From the IMG/VR virus record IMGVR_UViG_3300022719_000136, positions 1-41,119 of that record: DNA of 41,119 bases; one strand, given 5' to 3'. The notes below the pieces were generated by a model. It was not told the origin of the DNA. It saw only the letters and a list, made by a program, of their open reading frames with translations, and made no database searches. Below are positions 1-9,974 of this stretch, one piece after another; position 1 is the first letter of the stretch; the number at the start of each line of letters is the position of its first letter. The position numbers and the translations under genes were made by a program. This DNA is from a virus. Its lineage: Duplodnaviria; Caudoviricetes.

Positions 1-145
1 AAGACACTCTCTAATGCTGTTGTCGTCATAGAGAGTTTCGTATGATCGCAAGACGCCCTCGGCGTGTTTGACGTCAGCAAGTATCTCTTCTGTCGAGTGT
101 TCATTTTTCATTTTTCATTTTTTCGTCTCCTTATCGGCTGCTAGT
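1..145. repeat. Terminal direct repeat, left copy (circularity overlap or DTR)
   Basis: Identical to 40968-41119 except that it has 3 rather than 4 CATTTTT units. Confidence 0.95.
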
Positions 146-342
146 GCGTCTTCGAGCCGCTGCCACACGCTACGGGTCCAGTCCTCTACGGACCCCGGAA
201 ACATATCCGAGGTCAATACGCGGTAATCCGCGTCGTCCTCAGACAACTGCACGCCGCCGATTGCTCCGTTATAGTTGCTCCACGCAAAAAATGCGGTTTT
301 CCTTGCTGCAGGGAGCTCGGGGTTTAAGTCTATTGTTTTCAT
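115..342 (-). CDS. Hypothetical protein (75 aa, MKTIDL...)
   Basis: AGGAG RBS before ATG at 342; in series with neighbouring minus-strand ORFs. Confidence 0.7.
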   Translation of the reverse strand: MKTIDLNPELPAARKTAFFAWSNYNGAIGGVQLSEDDADYRVLTSDMFPGSVEDWTRSVWQRLEDALAADKETKK

Positions 343-362
343 CGTCTTTTCTCCTATTGTTC

Positions 363-683
363 TCAACTCATCAGCGTGCGCCGAAACTGCGATATCTCAG
401 CGCTGTAAGTCGCGTCGTAGTATTCAGACGCGCAAGGATCTGTCTTCAGTGCGCGCTTTTTTGCTTTACTAAACTCGTCTGCGACAGAGTCAGCTCTATT
501 TCCCACCTGGGCGCTTGTAACAAAAATCAACAGTTCGTCGAGTTCGAGCTTGAGACTGAGATCGTGCTCGTATTCGTGCGCTTGCGTTGCAAGCGCTGTG
601 TCGAGCCAAGATTTGATGCGATCACGATCGAGACCGTTTTCGCTTGTCTCTACTGTCACAAAGATTGCTAGTTGCGTTTCCAT
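363..683 (-). CDS. Hypothetical protein (106 aa)
   Basis: Strong RBS ACAGGAG then A-run and ATG; first gene of the minus-strand unit. Confidence 0.75.
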   Translation of the reverse strand: METQLAIFVTVETSENGLDRDRIKSWLDTALATQAHEYEHDLSLKLELDELLIFVTSAQVGNRADSVADEFSKAKKRALKTDPCASEYYDATYSAEISQFRRTLMS

Positions 684-1400
684 TTTTTTCTCCTGTTGTT
701 TTGCAACAGCTCATGCCGTCAAGCTTTTTTCCCATCTTTTCCCTTTTTTTTATTTTTTTTGCGCAGCGCTCAACTCGCTCCTATTGACAGATGAGCGCAA
801 CCTGTGGTCTAAGGGGGTCTGGGGGTTCTCCCTGTTAGTGCTCATCCCCAGACGCCTTTAAACACACAGTGACTTACTCGGGATTTTGAGCAGCAAAACG
901 GCGCGCGAGAGGGGGTGGACAAACACCTCGAAGCAAGCGCAATCGACAAATCTAGTAGGGTAATGTAGCGTGCCATTACCGCAAGTAATGCTCGGAAATG
1001 TTTCGCCCAGCATACGTACTTGAGTATAATTGTCATGAATACACTATGCATACGCTAGCCATACCGCGCAGCGCGACTGATAAGTGGACTTATCGGGCAA
1101 TGTCCCCCCCCCTGCCCGGAGCGCTGCTCGTGTCGACACACGACGTTGGAGAGTCTGGCCTAGGTTGCTACGGTTCAGCGCGTCGCGCCTGGGATAAGCG
1201 AGTGAGCGAAGCGAACACCATCTATCTCTCCTAATAATCTACAGGCGTAGCCTGTCCTTTTTCTTCTCTTCTCTTCGGTGAAGCCCTTCACCCCCTTCCT
1301 AAATTATATATATAACTCCCCCCACCACCGCTCGATCCAAGTTCTATTTCGATCCTACAGTATCTTCATGTTAGAATTTTGATTACGGAGTGTATTTGCC

Positions 1401-1733
1401 GTGGTTATTGCCTACCGGGAAGGTTGGTGTTGGATGTCGAAGAAGGGTCGAAGAGTTGGTCGTGGTCAGAGGTTTCGTCGGCGGTTGATTGAGATTCATG
1501 GTGGCAAGTGTTTGCACTGTGGCTTTAGTCATGCCCGAGCGTTGGAGTTTCATCACTGGGTTCCTGCGGATAAGGAATTTTCGTTAAATGCGCGGAGTTT
1601 GTCTTGTCGTTCTTGGGAGGAGGTTATTGAGGAGTCGGTTAAGTGTGCTCTTTTGTGTTCGAGGTGTCACACCCTTCAGCATGTGCTGTTGGATCGGATT
1701 GTGGCGTCTATGGAGGAGCGGGAAGGTTTTTAA
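1401..1733 (+). CDS. HNH endonuclease
   Basis: CLHC...LEFHH...KCALLCSRCH zinc/HNH pattern; GGAG upstream; start uncertain (1401 or 1434). Confidence 0.85.
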   Translation: MVIAYREGWCWMSKKGRRVGRGQRFRRRLIEIHGGKCLHCGFSHARALEFHHWVPADKEFSLNARSLSCRSWEEVIEESVKCALLCSRCHTLQHVLLDRIVASMEEREGF

Positions 1734-2243
1734 TGGGAGGTGAGTAACCACGGCTCCCTGTCTTTTGCTCCAAGAAGAGGGTGGCCGGAACCCCTGCTGC
1801 TGAGTAACTCGAATAAAGCACAGAGGCCCCAACCATATAAACTGCTCTGATTTGGTGCGGGAATGGTCCTTACAATTACTTCTTGTACTGGAAGGCTGTG
1901 GGGGTATGGGGACGCCGCTTGGTAACCTGATGTACTTCCAACGTATTAATACTCTACTCGACTTGAGACGGAGGGGGTAGGGACTAGGAATTTAGGGAAT
2001 AGGAATATGTAGCTCCTAAGAGCGAGGCGTGTCAATAGGGCGTGGGCTGACATGTGGGTGTAACTGGGCGGTATTGTTGAGGATAAATATTTTTTGTAAC
2101 AATGTTACGAATGGTCATTCGGGTGGTTTTGCCACATCTGGTTGGCTAACCTCTTGTTATTGTTGGGTCACGGTGGTGGAGTTGAGAAGGAAAAAACTGT
2201 TAGGGCGCTGGTTTTCTTTTCTGGTAGAGCTTATTAGCGAGGC

Positions 2244-2678
2244 TTGATTATGTATGCTGAATATCTAGGTAGAACTCGGGATGGGAAGTGTGCGAGGATT
2301 TTGGTCTGGAAGCGGCAAACGAACGAGATGCGACCCCGACCAGGAGACTTTTACTGGGTGAAGTTTAGGTCTGGGGATGAGCGGCTTTATGAGATTCTGG
2401 AGATTGAGAAAACCTACAAGGGGAAGCTGTTTGGGATGTCTGGCCATCGGCGTTGGACCTGTCGAGCCAGGGCTAACGGGCCCTTTGTGCATCGGGAAGG
2501 ACGGGTTTCATACGGGCCGGAGACAAGTTGGTCCAGAAGGCATTTTATAGAGGGGGTGGAGAATCCGATGGAGGTGCGAGACAAGTGGGAGCGGAAACGG
2601 GACGAGAGGCGCAGAGAACGGCTAGAACGGAAAGAACGGGAAGAACGGGAAGATGCAGCAACAATCGACGATAGGTAA
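2244..2678 (+). CDS. Hypothetical protein
   Basis: 144-aa ORF tiling with downstream genes; start uncertain. Confidence 0.6.
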   Translation: MIMYAEYLGRTRDGKCARILVWKRQTNEMRPRPGDFYWVKFRSGDERLYEILEIEKTYKGKLFGMSGHRRWTCRARANGPFVHREGRVSYGPETSWSRRHFIEGVENPMEVRDKWERKRDERRRERLERKEREEREDAATIDDR

Positions 2679-3006
2679 GAAGTTTAGAGATGTCCAGACA
2701 AGGGAAGTGGCGAAGTGTATTGAGGCTTCTAAGAGGAATATCCGGTCCTGGGAGCCGATGCACCGTGGGGAATTGTTCGAGAGGATGCGGGACTTCATGC
2801 GGAGAGCTGAGACGGACTATACGTTCGGCCCGATGAGGAGGACGTCCGAGACTCACAAGGCGTTTGCCGAGCGAGACAAACACGAACGACAATTAGCAAA
2901 AGAGCGCTTAATGTTTATCCATAAGTGTTTTGGGTCTAGGGATGTTATTATCGAAGAGGAGCGGGTAGAACCAGATGCCAATAAAGAAGAAAGCCACCAC
3001 GAGTAG
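2653..3006 (+). CDS. Hypothetical protein
   Basis: 117-aa ORF overlapping both neighbours in an operon-like series. Confidence 0.6.
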   Translation: MQQQSTIGKKFRDVQTREVAKCIEASKRNIRSWEPMHRGELFERMRDFMRRAETDYTFGPMRRTSETHKAFAERDKHERQLAKERLMFIHKCFGSRDVIIEEERVEPDANKEESHHE

Positions 3007-3415
3007 AAATAAGAAGAAGTCCCCACCAGCCCCGAGGGAGACCCAGGAGGCTCGTCAGGAGCGTCTAAAGGGGCTTAGGAGGCAGATGAAGAAGAGTGAT
3101 GGGGAGATAGAGGCGGAATTATTCGGCGGCACTGGCCCGTCTCAGACAAGCCCAGCTCCTGTTATGAACGCCTCCGGCTCAGGGGGGTTTGGCCTTGGTC
3201 CGATTGGGCAGCCATCGCCACCACATGCAAATACAAACAATCTGGATGGCCCAGGAATGGACTCGGTGCCGGGTCTCAGGGCTTGGTATGAGAACATAAA
3301 CGCGAAGATGAATCTCTGTGAGTTACAAATTGAGGTTCTGGTGAAGCGGATTAAACAACTAGAGGCCGCCTTTAACCGTATGTATGCACATCAATCAACT
3401 GGAGAGTTTGGATAG
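2975..3415 (+). CDS. Hypothetical protein with coiled-coil C-terminus
   Basis: 146-aa ORF with AAGGAG upstream. Confidence 0.65.
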   Translation: MPIKKKATTSRNKKKSPPAPRETQEARQERLKGLRRQMKKSDGEIEAELFGGTGPSQTSPAPVMNASGSGGFGLGPIGQPSPPHANTNNLDGPGMDSVPGLRAWYENINAKMNLCELQIEVLVKRIKQLEAAFNRMYAHQSTGEFG

Positions 3416-3420
3416 GGATC

Positions 3421-3897
3421 ATGATGAACGCTAGAGAAAACGGGAAGATAAAGACTAATTCTGTTAGGCTTGACCAATCTATTGCTTACACATCTGGAGC
3501 TGACTCAGGGAGGTTTAATGAAGAAATCAAATCCTTCCTCTCGACTGATGGGAAGTGCTTCCTGAACAATAATGTGACGCTCAGGCGCTACTCCAACACG
3601 AACAATATTGAAGTCTCATCTGCCGGACCGGGCAACACTTTGGGGGATGTGGTTATCCTGTTGCCAAGCGATATCCGTGATCTCTACGACTTCCTGACTA
3701 GATGGCTAGATGTCCACAAGCAGTTAGCAAAGAAGAAGGCAGAAGTCAGGTTGGCCGAGAGGACCTTGGAGGCCCAGATAGCGGAGGAATCTAATAAGGA
3801 AGAGCAGCAGGTGGCTGAGGTGTTGGGTGAGGAGGAGGTCCAGGTGGCCTCGCTGGATAAGAAGAAGGCCCCCTCTACTAAGAGGAAGAATGGCTAA
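3421..3897 (+). CDS. Hypothetical protein
   Basis: 158-aa ORF tightly packed with neighbours. Confidence 0.7.
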   Translation: MMNARENGKIKTNSVRLDQSIAYTSGADSGRFNEEIKSFLSTDGKCFLNNNVTLRRYSNTNNIEVSSAGPGNTLGDVVILLPSDIRDLYDFLTRWLDVHKQLAKKKAEVRLAERTLEAQIAEESNKEEQQVAEVLGEEEVQVASLDKKKAPSTKRKNG

Positions 3898-4375
3898 GGA
3901 GAACCCTGATAGCGGCAAGATGACCTACGCTGAGGTTCTTAGTGAGGAGGAGGGAAGACTCGCCGAGCTACTTAAGCTTTACCAGGGGCTCTATATGGAC
4001 TTCACGGAAGCCTGTAAGCAGGCGGGGATTCCGATTGAGGAAGGGTATGAGCTAAAGGACAGGTATCAATCCCGCTTTGATATCATCTCGAATAAGCTGT
4101 TCGATAAGCTAGAGGGGCTTCTTTTCCAGGCGAGCCTCGGCGAGATGGACCCGATTAAGCTCAAAGGACTGAACTTACCGCTGATGAAGTGGGTACTAGA
4201 GAAGAGGAGAAGTGGCAAGTGGGGCACTCGGGTGAAGATAGAGACGGAGCACTCAAGGGCTGTAGATCGAGTGAGAATTAAGAACGCGACTGCTTCCCAG
4301 ATTAAGAAAATCAAAGAAAGGACCATACTGATAGACAATGAAACAGGACTACCTATACACAATAAGATTCAGTGA
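3890..4375 (+). CDS. Putative terminase small subunit
   Basis: Near TerL; helical ACKQAGI HTH-like segment and LMKWVLEKRRSGKWG segment typical of TerS; GAGGA RBS before ATG at 3890. Confidence 0.55.
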   Translation: MAKENPDSGKMTYAEVLSEEEGRLAELLKLYQGLYMDFTEACKQAGIPIEEGYELKDRYQSRFDIISNKLFDKLEGLLFQASLGEMDPIKLKGLNLPLMKWVLEKRRSGKWGTRVKIETEHSRAVDRVRIKNATASQIKKIKERTILIDNETGLPIHNKIQ

Positions 4376-4793
4376 CGGCTCCTTCTCCGACTTAATGCCG
4401 CTAACGGCGGTGATGAAGTTTGTCAACGAGAAACAAGTTGGAGGAGAGATTTTTGCCTGTAGGCTATTTCGCGTGGGTGCGGCGAAGCTATCCTTTGAGG
4501 CTACTCCGGCGGAGGAGATTGAAGAAGTCGTCTTTGGGCAGGAAGAGCAGCAGGAAACGCCCCGGCTAAACGGCCACTATGACCATCAACCAGCACCCCT
4601 CGAATTAAAACAGCAGGACTCCCTGGAGGTAACGAAAGATGTCGAGCAGCCTGAAAGCCCCGTGCGAGCAGAGGGTGGAAAGCCATCTCCAAGCGCTGTC
4701 CAGCCTAAACGACGAAAAGGATCTAGTCAGCATAAGTCAACAGGGACAAAGCGAAGAGTGGTGGTTAGCGGCGGGGGAGCTGGCAAAGCATGA
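4338..4793 (+). CDS. Hypothetical protein between TerS and TerL
   Basis: 151-aa ORF; the low-complexity C-terminus overlaps the TerL start. Confidence 0.5.
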   Translation: MKQDYLYTIRFSDGSFSDLMPLTAVMKFVNEKQVGGEIFACRLFRVGAAKLSFEATPAEEIEEVVFGQEEQQETPRLNGHYDHQPAPLELKQQDSLEVTKDVEQPESPVRAEGGKPSPSAVQPKRRKGSSQHKSTGTKRRVVVSGGGAGKA

Positions 4794-6399
4794 TTACTGG
4801 TTTTATCTAAGATATATCCTTCAGTATCAGTGGATGGACCCGTGGTTCCACGGAGAAGTCATCTGCAACTTCCTTGACAAGTATCAAGAAGAATCCGTCC
4901 TGGTCCTGATCCCGCGAGGGCACGGCAAGACCGGGATGATAACCGGACCGAGACCTTCCTGGTATCTAGCAAGAGATCCGTTTACAACCTGCCTGGTGGT
5001 AAATGCTCGGGAGGATAAGGCTGCCAAGTTCGTTAGGACCGCAGCCGCGACTATTGCGAGCAATGCGAGATACCGCCGCGCCTTCCCTGAGACGCAACCT
5101 TCGGTCAAGTGGGGAGAGAACGGCTACTATGTGAACACTAGTGTTCTAGTCGCGGGGGACGCCAGCACGGAGAGAACCGACCCGTCACTTCAGTCGATTG
5201 GCGTTACCGGAAACATAACCGGGAGTCACTACGGCAAGATGATTCTTGATGACCTGATCAACTACGAAATCGCCAAGCACGCTAACCAGCGGGAGGCTAT
5301 CGTTCCGTTCTTCGGCGAAGCTCTCAACTGCCTGGACCCAGGAGAACCCCTGACTATCTGCGGAACCAGGTGGTGGGAAGATGACTTCTACGGGCTACTT
5401 GAAGAGGGTCAGTTGGAAGGGAATCACGGGAAGATTCACGTCTTAAAGATTGGCTACGCGAAGCCGAACGGAGACCTTTACTGGCCAGAGCGAACGTATT
5501 TTGACCTCAAGGGGGTTGAGAGGCGGGCTGGTTGGACCTACGAGAAGATAGAAACCCAGAGGAAAAACTTAGGCTCTTTGTTCTCCGCGCTCTATCTAAA
5601 CAGCCCTGTCCCGGAGGGAGGAGAAATCTTCGAGACTGGGATGGTGAGCCTGTTCAGCAAACACCTGTTCCAAACTGAAGGAGTCTATGCCGTCGGGGTA
5701 GAGGCGGAAGGGCAGGGCCTTGCCTTCATCTCGTACCTCAGGGGGGCGATGCGGGATGAGCACCTCCGGTTTAGATTAAAACAACTCGACTCTCGCATTG
5801 GCGAGGAAGATAACCGAAAGGTCCCGAAAGAGGAGCGAATCCAAGCCGCACTGCAAGACCTGATGGAGTCGGGGAACTTTTGCGTCAGGAGCGACCTGTG
5901 GAACATGGAGCGCGGAGTCGGGTGGGAGTTCAAGAAATTCCCAAAGGCGCACGACGACCTGATTGACGCAATCGCCTACTTAGCGCTGAACGTGAAGGAG
6001 CCACCAGAAGGGATGAGGCCGATGGTCTCGATCATCTGCGACCCGGCTTTTTCTATTGCCAATACCGCCGACTACACGGCGATTGTCGTTGGTTGTAAGT
6101 ATCAGGGAAAGCTCTGGGTGCTGGATGCATATCGCTTTCAGACAAATAGCGTTTCTTCAATCGCTAAGGTTCTGTTTAAACTATACCGCAAATACAACGT
6201 CGAGCGCAGCAGTGAAAAGGGGAATCGCGGCGCTGGGCGATTCGATACTCGGATGACCGGCTTCGGCGTCCCCAGTGGAGGTGGACAAGGCCCCGCCGCC
6301 TATGAGACCGGAAGAGTATATGCGAGCAACAATTTTTCTGTTTTTGATCCAACAAGGGATTTACTAGAGGAGATACTGAACGATGCCAAAAACAAATAG
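4639..6399 (+). CDS. terL: Terminase large subunit
   Basis: Walker A PRGHGKT, Walker B MILDD, GTRW..DD coupling motif, nuclease motifs DPA..DYTA and FP..HDDLID; GGAGGT RBS. Confidence 0.95.
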   Translation: MSSSLKAPCEQRVESHLQALSSLNDEKDLVSISQQGQSEEWWLAAGELAKHDYWFYLRYILQYQWMDPWFHGEVICNFLDKYQEESVLVLIPRGHGKTGMITGPRPSWYLARDPFTTCLVVNAREDKAAKFVRTAAATIASNARYRRAFPETQPSVKWGENGYYVNTSVLVAGDASTERTDPSLQSIGVTGNITGSHYGKMILDDLINYEIAKHANQREAIVPFFGEALNCLDPGEPLTICGTRWWEDDFYGLLEEGQLEGNHGKIHVLKIGYAKPNGDLYWPERTYFDLKGVERRAGWTYEKIETQRKNLGSLFSALYLNSPVPEGGEIFETGMVSLFSKHLFQTEGVYAVGVEAEGQGLAFISYLRGAMRDEHLRFRLKQLDSRIGEEDNRKVPKEERIQAALQDLMESGNFCVRSDLWNMERGVGWEFKKFPKAHDDLIDAIAYLALNVKEPPEGMRPMVSIICDPAFSIANTADYTAIVVGCKYQGKLWVLDAYRFQTNSVSSIAKVLFKLYRKYNVERSSEKGNRGAGRFDTRMTGFGVPSGGGQGPAAYETGRVYASNNFSVFDPTRDLLEEILNDAKNK

Positions 6400-6643
6400 C
6401 CAAAGGAAGACCGTCTCTCAAGCGGCAAACAAGATGGGCACACAGAGCACCGGCACGAAAGATTCTGCCGACATGCCACAGCCGCACTCGGTTAAAGGAG
6501 GCTCTGTTTCTCAAACGAGGATTGACCCAAAGCGCATGGGGGTGACTCCAAAGAAAACAGAGCGGCTAACCAACGACCCGAGCACAAAGAAAGACATTGG
6601 AGGCAAGCTAGCGCCAAGGAAGTCGATTATAATCGGCGGATAA
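6383..6643 (+). CDS. Small basic hypothetical protein
   Basis: GAGGAG RBS; fills the gap between TerL and portal. Confidence 0.65.
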   Translation: MPKTNSQRKTVSQAANKMGTQSTGTKDSADMPQPHSVKGGSVSQTRIDPKRMGVTPKKTERLTNDPSTKKDIGGKLAPRKSIIIGG

Positions 6644-6670
6644 CAGCAACCCCAATAGAGGCTCTTCCTA

Positions 6671-8887
6671 GTGGCGCATAACATGATGGGATTCCGCTCT
6701 CTTGCAGAGCGGGATCAACACATTAAAGACATGATTCTATCCCTGCTGAACACCAGCGAGGTAGAAACCCTCCCGGATAGACGGCGCTGGGAAAAGGCGA
6801 CCCGACTTTTTAATGGCGAGCAGGACTGGGGCCCCGATAGGGAAGAAAACCCCTGGATGAGCCGCGTGTTCCTGCACGAGTTCTCGGTCATCGTAAGGGA
6901 AGCGGCCAGCGCCGCCGTCGAGATAGTACTTCAAAACCCAGATTTCTTTAACGTCCGGGTCGGGGATCAGGATAAAGAGTTCGCCCGGATTATGGAGAAG
7001 ATAATTCTCTACGTGCTGAACAAGGCCGGGTTCTACAAGAAGTTCTATCAGTTCTGCCTGGCCGGGGGTCTTGGTGGAATTGGAGAGTTTAAGTTCACTG
7101 TTCAGGAATGTCTTGAGTATATCCCAGAAGCAATCCTAGAAAAAATTTCCAAGATAGAATCTGACCAGAAGAAGAAGCTGGCCGGGAAAATAGAGAACCT
7201 AAACCCGGAGCCTATCCCGGAGGGCGTTGATGAGTTCTCTGCCGCGATAGAAGAAGCACTAGATGTTATTACTGGCGACGTTGGCTTCAGGCGAGACGTG
7301 CAGCCCAAGAAGAAGCTGGTTATCCGACCCATGCTTGACGTGATCAACTTGCAAAACTTCTTTTGGCACCCGGACGCAGAAGAGATATCTGAGAGTCTGT
7401 TCCTTGCAGATAGAAGCTTCACGACTTTTGCCGAGATAGACCCGCTATTCAAAGCCCATGCGTTCGATACGGGCAGTGGCGGGGCGAATAGAAAGGCGCT
7501 CATTAAGTCGATGAAGGGTGGACGCGCTGACTTCGGTACGTTCTCATCTACAATATCAGGCACGCGGGAAGGGCAGAAGTGGATTCAGCGTCAACAGTTC
7601 ACAGACCAGAACGCCTATCTAAATGAAGTGGAGCTGGTTGACTTCTGGGGCCCTCTTCTCAGTAAAGACGGGGAGCTGTTAAAGGAAAACTGCCATTTCG
7701 TTCTTGCCAACCGGGAAGTCGTCTTAAGGGCCGAGTTTAACAAGTTTTTCCATCAGCAGAAGCCCTACCTGATAGCACCGTTCTCTAGACAGCCGTTCAA
7801 GGCAGTCGGAGCGGGAGTAGCTGATAACGCGATAGTCCAGCAGGAGTTCATCAACGACCTTGCGAGTCTCTTTATCGACATGCTGAAGCTGTCTATTTAC
7901 AATCCCCGCACGGTAAATTCAGCAATCATCGAGGACGAAACGCAACTTCAGAATGGCGTTAAGCCAGGGATGAACATAGAGGTTACGGGCGACCCAACGA
8001 AAGTGTTCGGCGAAATTCCAACGAACGTAGAGAGCGCCTCGCCCCTGTTCCAAATGCTTGAGACACTTCGCCTTAGCGGTCAGAAGGGTTCGACGGTAAA
8101 TACGCAGTCAGCAAACCCATCCTCTCGTGCCAGAATAAGCGCAACCGAAGTTGGAGCGAACCAGGCGCGACAAAACAGGAGTGAAGCAACTCTTGCTCAA
8201 GACCTGGACCACAACCTACTTGAGCCTTTGCTAAACATGGCGAAGAGCCTCGCGCTGCAATACAGCTTTGAAGATCAGGCCCTGGAAGAAATGCGGGTAG
8301 AGGGAATACTGACGCCGGAGGAGATGACACTGATTAAAAATATCCCTCGGGTTGAGCGGGTCATCGAGGCGTCCAGACATTACCGAGTTGAAATCCGAGG
8401 ATTCCGTTCAGTGCTTGAAAGGACTGAGCATGTGCAGCGCGCCCTAGAGTTCCTTGCGGTCGTTAGGCAATCGCCCGAAGTGCTTGCAAGTGTAGACATC
8501 AAATATCTGCTCACGGGGGTTGCTGATGACCTGAATCTCGACGTGAACCGACTGTTCTTTCAGAACTCGCCGTTCGATATCGCAAGAGAAGAGAACGCGA
8601 TGATGTTGGAGGACAGGTTTGTTGAGGTTCTTCCTGACGACGCGCACGCACAGCATCTACAGGTCCACTATACGATTCAGAGCCTCAACGAAAAATCCAT
8701 AGCCCACATTCACGGACACTGGCAGATAATGCTTCAGTCGGGCCAGTTTCCCCCTGAACCGCCTCCAGAAATTCAAGACGTGCTTCAGTGGCAAGCAATC
8801 GCTTCGCAGCAGCCGCCGACCCCCACTGGCGGGAACCAGGATGATCAGTCAGCAGGAGCCGCTGGGCCTGGCGGGACGGTTCAGTAA
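6671..8887 (+). CDS. Portal protein (podovirus/P22-like)
   Basis: 738 aa directly after TerL; G.GV......QQ..IN and SATEV motifs; Pro/Gln-rich tail. Confidence 0.88.
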   Translation: MAHNMMGFRSLAERDQHIKDMILSLLNTSEVETLPDRRRWEKATRLFNGEQDWGPDREENPWMSRVFLHEFSVIVREAASAAVEIVLQNPDFFNVRVGDQDKEFARIMEKIILYVLNKAGFYKKFYQFCLAGGLGGIGEFKFTVQECLEYIPEAILEKISKIESDQKKKLAGKIENLNPEPIPEGVDEFSAAIEEALDVITGDVGFRRDVQPKKKLVIRPMLDVINLQNFFWHPDAEEISESLFLADRSFTTFAEIDPLFKAHAFDTGSGGANRKALIKSMKGGRADFGTFSSTISGTREGQKWIQRQQFTDQNAYLNEVELVDFWGPLLSKDGELLKENCHFVLANREVVLRAEFNKFFHQQKPYLIAPFSRQPFKAVGAGVADNAIVQQEFINDLASLFIDMLKLSIYNPRTVNSAIIEDETQLQNGVKPGMNIEVTGDPTKVFGEIPTNVESASPLFQMLETLRLSGQKGSTVNTQSANPSSRARISATEVGANQARQNRSEATLAQDLDHNLLEPLLNMAKSLALQYSFEDQALEEMRVEGILTPEEMTLIKNIPRVERVIEASRHYRVEIRGFRSVLERTEHVQRALEFLAVVRQSPEVLASVDIKYLLTGVADDLNLDVNRLFFQNSPFDIAREENAMMLEDRFVEVLPDDAHAQHLQVHYTIQSLNEKSIAHIHGHWQIMLQSGQFPPEPPPEIQDVLQWQAIASQQPPTPTGGNQDDQSAGAAGPGGTVQ

Positions 8888-9174
8888 TGACGCCCGAGCA
8901 GAAAGAACAACGAGTAGTTGATGCAAATTACCTCAACCAGCTTCTCAATACCTATGACTTTCAGCGCTTGATAGTCGCTCCGCTTGCCAGATTATCCAAA
9001 GAGCAAGAGCAGATTACTATGAGCTCAGAGTCGAGCGACTCAGAGGTGCGTTTAGCGTTAGGTGTCCTAAAAGCGATTCGTTATCTTGAGGAAGATATAT
9101 TTCAACGGGCGTTTATAAGGCGCGAGAGCGTTTTTAAAGAAATAGAGAAAAACCAAACAGGAATAAGGGAATAG
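8887..9174 (+). CDS. Small helical protein following portal
   Basis: TAATG translational coupling to portal. Confidence 0.7.
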   Translation: MTPEQKEQRVVDANYLNQLLNTYDFQRLIVAPLARLSKEQEQITMSSESSDSEVRLALGVLKAIRYLEEDIFQRAFIRRESVFKEIEKNQTGIRE

Positions 9175-9176
9175 AT

Positions 9177-9929
9177 ATGGACCCAGAAAAGACAGAGCCA
9201 GAAAAGACAGAGCCAGAAAAGACAGAGCCAGAGAAGCAGATGACCGACCCACAGGCCAAGCCCGCTAAAGAACCTGAAGGCACCAAGGCGTCTAGCCAAC
9301 CCGATCAGGATTTCATTAAGCAGATTACCGCTAATCAAGAGGCGTTGGCGAAAGAGGCCAAGGCTCTCTGGGAAGAGAATAAGAAGATTAACGACAGCAC
9401 CAAGAAGCGCGACGAAGCGCTGAGACGAGCGCTGTTTCCCGAAGAACAGAAGTCAATCAACCCGATTCACGAGGCGTTTCTAAACGATCCAGACGGATTG
9501 GTTGAGGCGTTGAGCGAAATCTCGGAAGAGCGGGTTATGAGGAAGCTTCAGGCTTCTAACAAGCAGGTGGACGAAGTGAAGAAAGCCGCTAATAAAGTGC
9601 TGGGTGAGAGGCCGGACATCTCGGGCGACCAGACCGCCCTGGAGGTCTTCACTGGCTATTACCGGCAGGCGAAAGAGGCCGCGCCGGATTCGAGCGATGA
9701 GGAAGCGATGACCGCCGCTCTTAAAAAGTTTGACCAGCTTGCAGACAAGTATGGCTTTGAAGCAAGGCTGAAAGAGCAACGCGCAAGTGTGGGTTCGCCA
9801 AGCCGAGGTGGAGGGCAGCAAAGTTTCTCTTCGCCGGAGCGAGCAAAAGATATGCGGAAAATATTTGCAGAATCTCTAGAGCAGGAAAAGGAGCGTAAGC
9901 TAAAGGCACGCAACCGGATAACTGCTTAG
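9177..9929 (+). CDS. Capsid scaffolding protein
   Basis: Charged helical protein immediately upstream of the capsid gene. Confidence 0.7.
   Translation: MDPEKTEPEKTEPEKTEPEKQMTDPQAKPAKEPEGTKASSQPDQDFIKQITANQEALAKEAKALWEENKKINDSTKKRDEALRRALFPEEQKSINPIHEAFLNDPDGLVEALSEISEERVMRKLQASNKQVDEVKKAANKVLGERPDISGDQTALEVFTGYYRQAKEAAPDSSDEEAMTAALKKFDQLADKYGFEARLKEQRASVGSPSRGGGQQSFSSPERAKDMRKIFAESLEQEKERKLKARNRITA
9183..9232 (+). repeat. 15-bp tandem repeat CCAGAAAAGACAGAG x3.3 (PEKTE)
   Basis: Directly visible; in frame. Confidence 0.95.
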
Positions 9930-9974
9930 GGGGTAATAATTACTCAGAATGATGACAATCTAGGAGGTTAAGAA

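Noticed and set aside
1100-1135. PGALLVS peptide shared with the ORF at 29209-29445
   Set aside because: Both ORFs look spurious and the DNA identity is low; treated as coincidence.
144-1234. Plus-strand ORFs 144-671, 550-861 and 998-1234
   Set aside because: Antisense shadows of RBS-supported minus-strand genes, or lacking an RBS and protein-like composition.
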